Shown piece by piece: positions 1 to 14,492 of a DNA stretch of 64,000 nt. A program made the translations under genes and the position numbers. Under the pieces are notes generated by a model that worked only from the letters and a program-made list of their open reading frames with translations, did no database searches and was not told where the DNA came from. The stretch comes from the human T2T-CHM13v2.0 reference genome, Homo sapiens, in the NCBI RefSeq assembly GCF_009914755.1, contig NC_060932.1; one strand, 5' to 3'. Within the stretch, counting starts at the first letter, position 1; the number at the start of each line of letters is the position of its first letter.

Positions 1-112
1 TCGTGCCACTGCACTCCAGCCTAGGTGACAGAGAGAGTCTCTGTCTCAGAAAAAAAAAAAAAAGAAAAAAAAGAAAGAAAGAAAGAGAAAAAAGAAAAGA
101 AAAGAAAAAAGA
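1..112 (+). mobile_element. Alu 3' end with A/GAAA-rich tail (cut by window edge)
   Basis: GCCACTGCACTCCAGCCTAGGTGACAGAG...TCTC followed by A-rich tail. Confidence 0.95.
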
Positions 113-348
113 AATGGCTATGCACAATCCCTGACCCAAATGTTCTTAAGGTTGATCACTTGAATTCTTGGTGTTCACCCTTGGAGAGAAATTTTGTTCA
201 CTCAAATAGGTAACACAATCTTTATACCATTTTTACAACCATTCAGAAATGTACACTTTGAAATAATAATCTAAATAAATTATAGCTAAAGAACCATAAA
301 GTCTTTAACTGGCAAATATAACTTTGGAATTTTTGTAATAATGTTGGC

Positions 349-1016
349 TGTGTTTGTCTGTTTGCATTGCTATAAAGGAATACCCAAGGCTGGGTGATTT
401 ATACAGAAAAGAGGTTTATTTGGCTCACAGTTCTGCAAGCTGTACAAGAAGCACAGCACCTGCCTCTGCTCCTGGTGAGGACCTCAGGCTGCTTCCACTC
501 ATGGCGGAAGGTGAAGGGAGGAGGTGTGTGCAGACCACGTGGCAAGACAGGAGGCAAAAGAGAGAGGGGGAGATGCCAGGCTCCTTTCAACAACAAAGGG
601 TGAGAACTCACTCATTCCCTGACCTATGCCACAGCACTATTCACAATAGCAAATACATGGAATCAACCTAAATGCCTATCAACAGTAGACTGGATAAACG
701 AAATATGGTACATATATACCATGGAATACTAAACAGTCATAAAAAAAAGAATGAGATCATGTCCTTGCAGAAATATGGATGGAGCTGGAGGCCATTATCC
801 TAAGCAAACTAATGCAGGAACCGAAAACCAAATACCACATGTTCTCACTTATAAGTGGGAGCTAAATGATGAGAACTCATGAGAATGGCATTGAGCAGTT
901 CATGAGAGATCTGCCCTTATGACCCAAACACTTCCCTGTTGACTCCACTTCCAACACTGGGGATCAAATTTCCACATGAGACTTGGTGAGGCCAAACAAA
1001 CCATATACAAATGACA
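349..1016 (-). mobile_element. MaLR solo LTR (MSTB/MSTC-like), interrupted by an L1 fragment at 621-880
   Basis: TTGCATTGCTATAAAGGAATACC..GGCTCACAGTTCTGCA..CCAACACTGGGGATCAAATTT matches reverse-complement MST LTR. Confidence 0.85.
621..880 (+). mobile_element. L1PA/PB internal fragment (ORF2 end to early 3'UTR), no poly(A)
   Basis: CAGCACTATTCACAATAGCAAA..GGAATCAACCTAAATGCC..GAATGAGATCATGTCC..ATGTTCTCACTTATAAGTGGGAGCTAAATGATGAGAAC. Confidence 0.9.
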
Positions 1017-1028
1017 TGTCTACACATG

Positions 1029-1246
1029 CAACATATTTATCAGCTGGAAAGGTAAGAAAAGATTCAAAGAGCTACTCTGAAATATATATTTTGAAAACCT
1101 ATCTTGATAAGATGAAACTCAAAAGACTTTCCTAGTTTTCATAAATATAAGGTACAAACTAAAACATGTTCTGGCACATTCATGGCATCTATAAAATATT
1201 AAGCATGAAAAGGCGACCAGAGTTGGTGATTTTTGGCTTATGAGCA
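1029..1246 (+). repeat. 218-bp block X, duplicated at 2496-2713
   Basis: Ungapped manual alignment, ~84% identity. Confidence 0.9.
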
Positions 1247-1404
1247 GCAGAACCTCATCAAACTTTTCTCAAAGAAAATCTTCAAAATCATGATGAAACT
1301 CTAATTTGTAGAGTGTATGTGCATTTTGGGTGGGTGGTCACCCTGCAGCTCGCTTAGATGACACTTTAAAAGGGCACATGGACCACAGACTGACAAGCAT
1401 CTGA

Positions 1405-1611
<207 letters not shown>

Positions 1612-1877
1612 TGACTCTCACCTGGAACTGGGCATACCAGGGATACCTGTGTCCCCTGCCAGGCTACCTGCAGGACACCTGTGTCCCCTGCCTGTACCTT
1701 GGGCACCTAGAGCATAAATGCCATGTGGTCCCTGGGCCCTTTGGCTAGGAGGGACAGAGGAGCATTCAGCACCTGGCTGCTGTCATAGATTTCAGGACCT
1801 CAGCCTGCAGGACTCCCCTCAGCACACTGCAGCGAAGCCAGTGCCTACGTCACTTGTCATGCTCAGTACCTGCAGGT

Positions 1878-2052
1878 AGGGCTGGCTTTGTGGGCATGCA
1901 ACCGATGTGACCGCAGAGAGCCATGTGCTCAGAAGGGCCTTGCAGTTGTTTAATGCTCTGTTGTCACCGACTTGAAATTCCTAATGACTTTTTAACAAGA
2001 GACCCTGCATTTACTTTTCACACTTGGCCCCATAAGTTATGTAGCTGGCCCT
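1878..2052. mobile_element. MER91A-like hAT-Tip100 non-autonomous DNA transposon
   Basis: Terminal inverted repeats AGGGCTGGCT / AGCTGGCCCT; internal GCTCAGAAGGGCC..TTGAAATTC..AACAAG matches recalled MER91A. Confidence 0.75.
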
Positions 2053-2149
2053 CCCAGCACTGCTCATCACCTAAAACTGGTAGCTGGGGCCTTGTAGCAG
2101 ACCCTGTCCCCTTGGAGGGGTGCATATTTCACAGTAAACTGCACATCAG

Positions 2150-2285
2150 CACATAGGCTGGGAAGCTCTGCAACATGTCATTTAATCCTCATGACAATCC
2201 TATGAGGCACCCCCATTCTACAGATGAGAAAATGAAGACTTAGAATGGCCAAGTAACCTCCCCATGGCCAAACAGAGTCAGCAAC
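2150..2285 (-). mobile_element. MIR SINE fragment
   Basis: TCATTTAATCCTCATGACAATCCTATGAGG..CCCCATTCTACAGATGAGAAAATGAAGACTTAGA (MIR core, reverse complement). Confidence 0.8.
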
Positions 2286-2376
2286 GTTTGCTGGGCACGC
2301 GTCATGGGAGCTTTTACTGACTTGGACACAACCCTGTGAAAGCCTGAGATAAGGCATGCAGATATGTACGCACTCT
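2273..2376 (+). repeat. 104-bp block Y, duplicated at 2831-2934
   Basis: Ungapped, 92/104 identical by manual count. Confidence 0.95.
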
Positions 2377-2949
2377 GTTAGATTCAAACACAACTGTCTG
2401 GCTCAGGGACCGCATTCCGAAGCCTGCCAACTTTTAGTCCTGGGCTTCATCCAGTGAATTTCAATTAATAATACTAGAAAAAGTAGCAAGGAAGACAACA
2501 TGTGTGTTAGCTGGAAATGTGAGAAAAGATTCAAAGGGCTACTTTGAAATACATATTTTGAAAAACTTTCTTGATAAGATGCAACTTGAAAGATTTTCCT
2601 AGCTTTCATTAATATAAAACACAAACTAAGACATGTTCTGGCACATTTGTGGCATGTCTAAAATCTTAAGCATCAAAAGATGACCAGCATAGACAATTTT
2701 TGGCTTATGAGCATGGAATGGCTTGTCCAGCAGCTTTCCGGGGAAGGGACCGCAGGGCTCTGACCCACCAGTGGCAGCCTCTCTCCACACCACCCCAGCA
2801 CACACACCCCTATATCCACTGCCCACATCTCAGAGTCAGCAACGTTTGCTGGGCGAGAGTTGTGGGAGCTTTTACTGACCTGGACACAACCCTGCGAAGG
2901 CCTGAGATAAGGCATGCGGATATGTATGTACCCTCTAGCCATCCCCTTG

Positions 2950-3109
2950 CACACACACACTTATACATACATGCATACACATGCATACACACATGCTTAC
3001 ACACACACATACATACAAACCACATGCAGACAAGTACACAAAACACCTACACACATACATGAACATGCATACGTATGTACACACTTGCACGCACACACAC
3101 ACACACACA
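2950..3109. repeat. Degenerate (CA)n/(CATA)n low-complexity tract
   Basis: Seen directly. Confidence 0.9.
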
Positions 3110-3860
3110 ATTCTGGTGCAGGCCAGCCTTCCATAGGGAGCTGTGGTCAGCTCAGTCGCTCACTGCAGAGCTCAGTACTCTCTGACCATTGCTCCCTACA
3201 AAAACAAACTCCCGGCCAAGTTTGGCCTTTCTTTCATGCATTTAACTTCCAACTGAATGTTGTTGGACAGACTCTTGGACTTGACAGACAGCAAGTGTGA
3301 GAAGCTCATATCACCTCCCCTGTGAATGCTGCAGATGTACTGAGTGTGGGTCATTGGCATGGCCACCGTCAGAGGCCCGAGCCACCCTGTCCCTCTCTGT
3401 GCAGCCCTAAGGGAGGAGCGCTCGGTGCAGGCTGTGTGGCTGTGGAGGACTTCGTTCCCTGCTCTGTGGCTCCGAGTGAACCTCTGCTCTCCAAGCAGCC
3501 CCCTCTCCTCTGGGCTGTTGTTCAAGCCTCCAGGCTCTTTGCCGAACTGCTGAGACTTGAGGGAACAAAGGCTTTTATGACAAGTTTTATTAGTGATGCC
3601 TCCTGTGCTAACTCTCTGAGATGGGTCAATGCTATTAACCCTGTTTTACAGAGAGGGGAAGAGCCCCAGAGAGGTCAAATGCTTCCCTCAAGGTCATGCA
3701 GCATGTGTGGGACAGAGGTAATTAGCCCCAGCCTGTCTGTTGGGCCAAGGGACAAGGAGGGTGTGCGATGCAGGGGTCTGGGGAGGCCACTCTTAATGAT
3801 CCTGGAACTTGGACTTCAGGAAACCAGAGATGGGCATGGGGGCAGCATCCAGCACCTTTG

Positions 3861-4106
3861 CTGCTGTGTGACACCCTGCCCCCTGCCCTGTCCCACCTCC
3901 TGTCACAGCCCCCACTGTCTTCACTGCTGTGTGACACCCTGCCCCCTGCCCTGTCCCGCCTCCTGTCACAGCCCCCACTGTCTTCACTGCTGTGTGACAC
4001 CCTGCCCCCTGCCCTGTCCCGCCTCCTGTCACAGCCCCCACTGTCTTCACTGCTGTGTGACACCCTGCCCCCTGCCCTGTCCCGCCTCCTGCCACCAGCC
4101 CCTACT
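3861..4106. repeat. 63-bp minisatellite (VNTR), ~3.9 near-identical copies
   Basis: Unit CTGCTGTGTGACACCCTGCCCCCTGCCCTGTCCCGCCTCCTGTCACAGCCCCCACTGTCTTCA starts at 3861, 3924, 3987, 4050. Confidence 0.97.
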
Positions 4107-4243
4107 TTCCTTTTGCTCTGGAGAATGTCTCAATGCAACAATGCAAAACTACAAAAGACAAATAGAGCTACTTTGGAGTGAGGGTAGTAGATCAACTGCT
4201 CAAATGTAGCTAGGTTGTGGCTTATCAAAAACTTCAGTAGTTT

Positions 4244-4548
4244 GGCCAGGGCTGGTGGCTCATGTGTGTAATTTCAGCACTTTGGGAGGCCTGGGTAGGA
4301 GGATCACTTGAGGCCAGGAGTTTAAGACCAGCCTAGGCAACATAGTGAGAGCCTTTCTCTACAAAAAATTTTAAAAATTAGCCAGGTGTAATGGCCTACA
4401 CCTGTAATCCCAGCTACTCAGGAGGCGAAACAGGAGGATGGCTGGAGCTCAAGTTTGAGGCTGCAGTGAATCATGATTGTGCCACTACACTCCAGCCTGG
4501 GCAACACAGCAAGAACATCTCTCTAAAAATAAAATTTAAAAAAAAAAA
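4244..4548 (+). mobile_element. AluJ
   Basis: Dimeric Alu with GGAGGATCACTTGAGGCCAGGAG and GAGGCTGCAGTGA (J-type), A tail. Confidence 0.93.
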
Positions 4549-5881
4549 CAGCTTCAGGGAGCTTCTGGAACCATAAGCCAGAGTCCAAAGGCAGAACAAG
4601 TAAGAAACTGGATTATCCATATCTTGATTTTCTTCCAACTGATACCAGAACACACAGGTCTCCCCAGCTGAATCGCTTGCCCCGAGAGGGAGGGGTGAGG
4701 GATGCTGCACTGCCCACTCTAGGCTCCTCTCTGCCAGTTCCCAGCACTTTGTATGTGGCTGGACACACAGGAGAGGCTTGTACTTACTTGTGGAAAGGAA
4801 ATGAAAGAAGAAGGCCAAGCTAAGACTACAGACACGCAAACTGGGAAAACACAAAAACCAAAGGCCACAAACCTCAGCTCAGAAAGCAGGTCCCCTCAGC
4901 CAAAGCCTGTGTTTATGCCTGGCCCTCCCGGGGAGACTGACAACTGGCAAGGCTGCAAGCGTGTGCCGGTAACGGGGCATCCTGGGAGGGAGCCCGGCCC
5001 TGGGTGAGCGCCGCTGAGCTTGTGAATTTCTGCTGCCAGAGGCACGCGCCTTTGCCAAATGCAGCTGGCCCCTGCCAGTTCTGGAGGTTCCCAGGAATAG
5101 ACAGGCCCCAGATTCACAGGCTTATGGATGAGCACATAAAGGAGTCAATGGGAGAGCCATCTATGGGGGGACCTTGGTGTCTTCCTACTTAAAACACTGC
5201 CCCTCCTCATCCTCCTGGTCTTTCTGCCTGAGGATCCCACTCTTCAGCAAGTCTTTATCCTACAAGCCAGAATAAAGCTTTATTTTCCAGCTGACTTGAA
5301 TAAGGTTTCTGTTACTTGCAACCAAAGAACCCTAGTGATTCATGTCCCAGGATTGCTGGGAGGTGCAATTGCACACACAGAGCTCTTAGCACAGTATCTG
5401 ATACATGGGAAGCACTCGGTACCTGCCCATCATCATTGTCTTCAGTATTATTAGGATTATTGCTGTTAAATACATGCCGATGTATCAAAACAAACTGCAT
5501 GTTGACCAGTTCTAATCCTCTGGCTGTGCACACACATCATCATTTGCTTTAGCTAAGTTCCACCTTCCTCTCACAGGGCCCACCTCAGATCAATCCGCCC
5601 CAGCAGCCCTTGAGAATTACTGTGCCCTTGCCAACCTCTCTCTGCCGAACTCTCGTCCTTCCCTGCTTCCTAGTTTTACCTGGTGTGGCATATAACTGTG
5701 ATATAATCACGCCGACTGGGGCTGCTGCCCACAGCTGTCGAGTTGGACACAGCAAAGCCTTCTCTGCTTTGTGGGATCATCCTGGGTGTTCCACCTGGGC
5801 TTTCTCTTCCCACCTAGAATGTGAGCATCCCATGGAAGCAGAGCCCACTTGTTCTTTTCTTTTTTAAAAACAATTGATTAC

Positions 5882-6162
5882 TTTTTTTTAGAGACAGGGT
5901 CTCACTCTGTTGGCCGGCTGCAGTGGTGCCATCATAGCTCACTGCAGCCTCAAACACCTGGTCTCAAGTGATCCTCCCACCTTAGCCTCCCAAGTAGCTA
6001 AGACCACAGATGTGCACCATTAGGCCCAGCTGTTTTAAAAATGTTTTGTAGAGACAGAGTCTTGCTATCTTGCCCAGGCTGGTCTACAACCCCGCCTCAA
6101 GCAATCCTCCTTCCTTGGCCTCCCAAAGTGATGGGACTACAGGTGTGAGCCACTGCACCAGC
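5882..6162 (-). mobile_element. AluJ
   Basis: Reverse-complement Alu dimer. Confidence 0.92.
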
Positions 6163-6479
6163 TGTATTCTTTCTTTTGTTTCTCTGTGAGATCTAGTGTG
6201 ATGCTGAACACGTGGCAGAAAGAAAACTGATATTTACAGAGCATCCACCATGAATCCGACACCAGGCGAATGCTTTACCCATGTCCTCACATTAACTGTC
6301 ACAGCAGTTCCTCGACAAGGTCATTGTTTTCTATATCCCTCAGGCCACACCAGCGTGGCAATAAAAATAGTCACAATGAAACTCTTAGAAGATTGTCATC
6401 CCTGACTTCAACCTCACTGCGAATCCCAGACCATGTCAGATTCCGCCTTCCCCAAATAGTTCGGAGATCCCCCAAAATG

Positions 6480-8530
<2,051 letters not shown>

Positions 8531-8569
8531 TGTTTATACTCCTTATCCACGTATCCCTTAGTCTATTTA

Positions 8570-8940
8570 TCCATTCATTCACTCATTCATTCATTCAGTC
8601 AGCCCACAACATTTCTTGAAGCCACACACTGGCCCAGGATCCCTGCTGGGCACCAGAGACACCACAGAGAACAAGGCATGGAGCCCCTGCCAGGGGGAGG
8701 GAGCTTGTAGACACCCAGAGTGTAGGCACTCAATGCTGGGAACCATAAAAATGGGTTGAGTTAGCAAAGGAGAATTCCAGGAAGATCCGAGAGGACATGC
8801 AGGAGGAGTCTAACCTGGCCCAGGTCTAGGAGCAGCTCCCTGAAGAAGTGCGGCTACCCTGAGACCCAGATGACACGTTATAAGGCGGGTCATTGTTCAA
8901 GGGTCTGAAGGAAGTTCTCCATGGCTGGTACACAGAAGAT
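8570..8940 (-). mobile_element. L2 3' end
   Basis: (CATT)n terminal repeat followed by the reverse-complement L2 3' region. Confidence 0.7.
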
Positions 8941-8945
8941 GAAAG

Positions 8946-9325
<380 letters not shown>

Positions 9326-10439
9326 TTATTTTAATCTCGATAGTAATCGGAAGTCACTAAAGGGCTTTACCGAAAAGTGGCAGGGTCAGTTTATCACTCT
9401 TGAAACATCCCCCTATTTGGTTTTAACTTTCTTGTACATGGGTCTACACCCTTTTTTAGCCCCTATAATATTTGACCTAATGTGGAGGGTAGAGCAGGTG
9501 CAGTAATTAATAAATGTTTGTAGTACTGAATTTGGGAAATAAAATATCTTTAATCACTGTATTCTGAAAAATGAAAGCTAATAACTGTATGATTATAGAC
9601 TATAAAACCAAAAAGGGCAACAATAACTTAAAGGAACATATTTGTTCATTAAAGTATTAAAAACTAGAAAAGGAAGCAGTGTCGGGATCTTAGAGAATGG
9701 AAATTTGTCCTGGATTAAAGGTAAATGTCATCCAAGAATGCAGATATCTATTTAAGAGGGTTGATATTTTGAAGCATCTAAATTATTAAAATCAATTTTT
9801 CCTCATTGAAAAAAGTATTAAACTAGGAAGCGCTTCCTTAAACCTAAAGAGCATCTGGGGCACAATCGTTAGCCTCTTGTGATGGGTGTCTCTTGGGACC
9901 AGCTCCTGTCTGAACATGAAACTTGTTGGGGTACTCACGTAGGGCCCATCCTTTGGGCGTCTGTATCTCTTATTTCTTAGTTTTCACAAATATGCAGAAT
10001 AATGTAAGATGACAGCAATGGGAGAAACTGGCATTGCGGGAGGAATACAGTGGAACTCGCTACTATCTTTGCAACTTTTCTGTAAATCTAAAATTGACCC
10101 CCCAAAAAGTTTAACTTAAGAGAAACAGAAAGGAGGGCAGATTGGGGACCCCCAGTGAGGGCAGGGCAGCGTTAAATCACATCACAGGATGTGAGATCAG
10201 CTGGGCCAGGATGTGCAGTGAAGGCAGCCACTGAGAACTCAGCCCCAAGACCCCAGGAGCAGAGTGCAGAGGGTGGCCCTGCTGAGGCCTGGAACCTGCT
10301 GGGACAGCCAGACTGGTCCTGCTGTCACCTTAAGAAGCATTTCAGTTAATGCTTAGTTCTTAACCACTTAGTAAATCAGCATCTGTTTACATGTGGATAG
10401 GATCGTGCCAATGGTTTAAAATAGTTCTTTTCTACATAA

Positions 10440-11198
10440 GCCTGTACTGATATAAATAAATGATTCAATACATAAGTACATGGGAAAGAAGGGGCACGTC
10501 TCCCTTACAGAAGAATTCCAAATAACACATGTGGACGACATCACCTCTAGGAAGTAGAGCTTAACCCTTCATGATTTTGAGGATGGGCTGGAATTAGTGA
10601 CTTAATTCTGAAGAAAAGGAGGAAAGAGTAACTTGACAGGAGAGAAACTTGCAAATGTGACCTTAACCAAATGATCCTATTAGCATCATCTGTGATGTTG
10701 TGTGGCCATCACACACCCCCAATGTACTCTGATGAGAATGGGGCTTCGCCTCAGCGGTATCCTTTCCAAAATCCCATAACCCCAGGTGAATGATGACAAA
10801 AGCCTCCAACAATGCAGATAGGGGAACATTCTACAAAATGCCTGACCACTAGTCCTCAAGAACATCAAGGTCAAGAAAAACAAGGGAAGATTGAGAAGCT
10901 GTCACATCCCAAAGGAGACCAAGGAGACGTGATGAGTAAATGCAAGGTGGTACCCTGGATTGAATCGTGGAACAGAAAGAGGACACAAATGGAAAAACCA
11001 GTGAAATCCAAAGTCTGAAGTTCAGTTAATGGCAATATGCCAATGTTGGTTTCTTAATCTTGGCAAAGGTATCGTGGCCACGTAAGATGACAACATTAGT
11101 GAAAATGGATAAAGGGTATGTGGGAACTCTCTGCTATCATTGTAGCTTTTCTGTAAATCTCGGGTTAATCCAACATAAAAACTTTATTTAAAAAAACA
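10440..11198 (+). mobile_element. Old L1 (L1MC/L1MD-type) 3'UTR
   Basis: ACATTCTACAAAATGCCTGACC..GGAACAGAAAGAGGACA..GGGAACTCTCTG..TTTTCTGTAAATCT + A tail. Confidence 0.8.
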
Positions 11199-11202
11199 AG
11201 AT

Positions 11203-11975
<773 letters not shown>

Positions 11976-12709
11976 AAAAAATAGAAATAAAAACCAAGAT
12001 GTACAAGAAAACATAAATAAAATGCGATGGTAAGTGTTTTTTGTTTTTTTTTTTAATTCTGAAAATGGCAACTGTTTGTAATTAATGGTTGTTTTGTTTT
12101 GTTTTGTTTTTTCAGAGGAGACCATTCTGGGGTCCTAGGGAACTCTCTCCTCTAACATCCTGGCAGTAGTGTGAACAGGATTGTCCTGGTTTTGTGTTGT
12201 TTCATTTTTAACTTCAGATAATGTAAATTCTTGATGACAGTATCTAGTAGGTTATAACAAACAGGACGGGAGCTCAGCCTTGCTAGAGCGTATATTTGCA
12301 GCCTGGCATCATCGCCGGAGAAGAATATCCTGGTTTCTAAAGCAGAGCTGAGCTGTTTAAGGGACTCCAGGTGCCTCTCGTGAGGAGAGGCTGATAAGTG
12401 GGATGGCTGGGGATGTCTGTAGTGGCACTGTCCCCTACCATATATATGCCTTCTGACTTAAGACTCTCTACTTAGCATTTATAAAATCACAGTTCAAGGG
12501 GGATCATTCTAATTGGCAGAAGGACTTTTCTTTGCAAAATCAGTAAGTGTAGAATGAGTGCTTGTGATGCATTCGAAAGTTCATTCATGTATGCATTTAG
12601 CATATGTGCATTGGCACTCTACCATGTGCCAGGCGTTGACACACAGCCTCTACATTCTGGTTGGGGGAGTTGGATTTAAAAGAAATAAACAAGGAAGATA
12701 ATTTCTGGT

Positions 12710-13446
12710 TATATTAGTCTGCTAGGGCCCCCAGAACAACATACCACAGGCTAGGCAGCTTCAACAACATAAACTTATTTTCTCATAGTCTGGAGGCTGA
12801 AAGTCCAAGACCAAGATGCCAGCAGAGTTGGCTTCTTTCAAGGTGTCTTTCTTTGGCTAGCAGATGGTCACCTTCTTGCTGTGTCCTCCCATGGTCCTCC
12901 CTCTGTGTGTGTATCCCTGGAGTTTCTCCCTCTTTTTAGAACGGTGCCGGTCTTATAAGATTAGGCCATACCATTACAATCTCATGTACCCTTAATTACT
13001 TCCTTAAAGACTATTTCTGGCCAGGTGCGGTGGCTCACGCCTGTAATCCCAGCACTTTGGGAGGCCGAAGCAGGCAGATCACTTGAGGTCAGGAGTTTGA
13101 GACCAGCCTGGTGAACCCCATCTCTACTAAAAATACATCTCTACTAACAATACAAAAAGTAGCCAGGCATTGTGGCGTACGCCTGTAATCACAGCTACTC
13201 TGGAGGCTGAGGCAGCAGAATCACTTGAACCTGGAAGGCGGGGGTTGCAGTGAGCTGAGATGGTGCCACTATACTCCACCAGCCTAGGCAGTAGAGCAAG
13301 ACTCCACCTCAAAAAAAAAAAACAAAAAAAAAAAACCCTACTACCAAATGCAAGTCACATTGAAGGTATTGAAGGTTAGGGCTTCAACATATGTATGACC
13401 TGGGGTTGGAGGGGGGAAGGTGCATGACACAGCTCAGTCCATAAGG
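12710..13446 (-). mobile_element. MLT1A/B-type MaLR LTR, interrupted by an AluS at 13019-13335 (+)
   Basis: CAACATACCACAGGCTAGGCAGCTTCAACAAC..GGAGGCTGAAAGTCCAAGACCAAGATGCCAGCAG..GGTTAGGGCTTCAACATATG; 5-bp TSD CTGGT/CTAGT. Confidence 0.85.
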
Positions 13447-14472
13447 CTAGTAGTGATAAACATTATAAAAGAAATACAAGATCAAGAGTGAGGTCATGGG
13501 ACTAGTGTTTAGATAGGGTGGTCAAATGAGCCCTCTCCAAGGACAGCCCAGGCCTGACCCGGAGGATCTGTGTTGGCTGGTGCATCCCTTACAAGACAGG
13601 CTGAGAGTAGAAATTCACAAAAATTACATGGCCAAAGGGTCGTACAGTTCAGTTAGTCCAAACCCCTCATTTTGCAGACTACTGAAGTCAGAGAAGATGA
13701 ACAGTAACTTATAATTGTTTAATACTTAAAACAACAAGCTTATAGTAGAAGTATTTGTTTTAACTTTTTATTATAGACTCTTTTAAACATACACAAAAGC
13801 AGTCTCCATAAGATAAACAACCTTTACTCATCTTCAAAACTTTGCTAATTTTTCTTCTATCTCCTTTTTTTCCTGGAATTTTAAAACATAAATTCCACAT
13901 CTTATTTCACTAGTCAATATTTCAGGATATGTCACTGGCTAATGAGAGTTCTTTGTTGGCATGGTTTCTTTCTTTCTTTCTTTTTTTTTTTTTACAGCTA
14001 ATGAGATACTGTTACTATTAACTTCAGTGAAGAAACTGAGACCACCTTCGCTTAGTCTTCCCAAGACCTGGCTAATGTTAGAGTACATGAAGAACCAAGT
14101 TCCCAAACTGCTTTTCCCAACCCTAACTCAGGACTGTTTCTACTCCACAGCTAACATGATAAGAATCACTGCCAATAATGTAAAAATAATTTCCCTAAAT
14201 GTGCTGTAATTAATTTAAATGACTTTATACACATCTTTTTAGGAACACAGTTAAACGTGAAATAAATGAGGGAATGTCGGTATTTTCCGCTGCCTGTTTG
14301 AGGGGAAAAAAAAAGCTTAGTAGAGGGTTTCAGAGAGACGGGAATTATTCTAGTAGAAACGGAAATATCTAGGTGAAGAATCAATAAGCCTTGTGTTAAT
14401 TTGCCTCCAGGATATTGGCATTAATACCAAAATCTGTCTCTTTGCCAAGATTGGAGATAATTTGCCTGGATT

Positions 14473-14492
14473 GGGGCGCCATCTAGTGGCCA
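14473..14492 (-). promoter_or_regulatory. CTCF binding motif
   Basis: Minus strand TGGCCACTAGATGGCGCCCC fits the core CCASYAGRKGGCRS exactly; non-repeat context with retained CpGs. Confidence 0.8.

Noticed and set aside
3861-4106. Possible CRISPR-like array
   Set aside because: Contiguous identical units with no unique spacers, in primate DNA with no cas genes.
3322-4209. 295-aa ORF with Cys-rich repeats (HCCVTPCPLPCPASCHSPHCL) resembling a keratin-associated or metallothionein-like protein
   Set aside because: The repeats are just the 63-bp VNTR, which is open in at least four frames on both strands. The start is GTG, the ORF crosses MIR-like DNA and there is no promoter or splice support.
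9825-9838. Perfect 14-bp palindrome AGGAAGCGCTTCCT (paired ETS cores)
   Set aside because: About four such palindromes are expected by chance in 64 kb.
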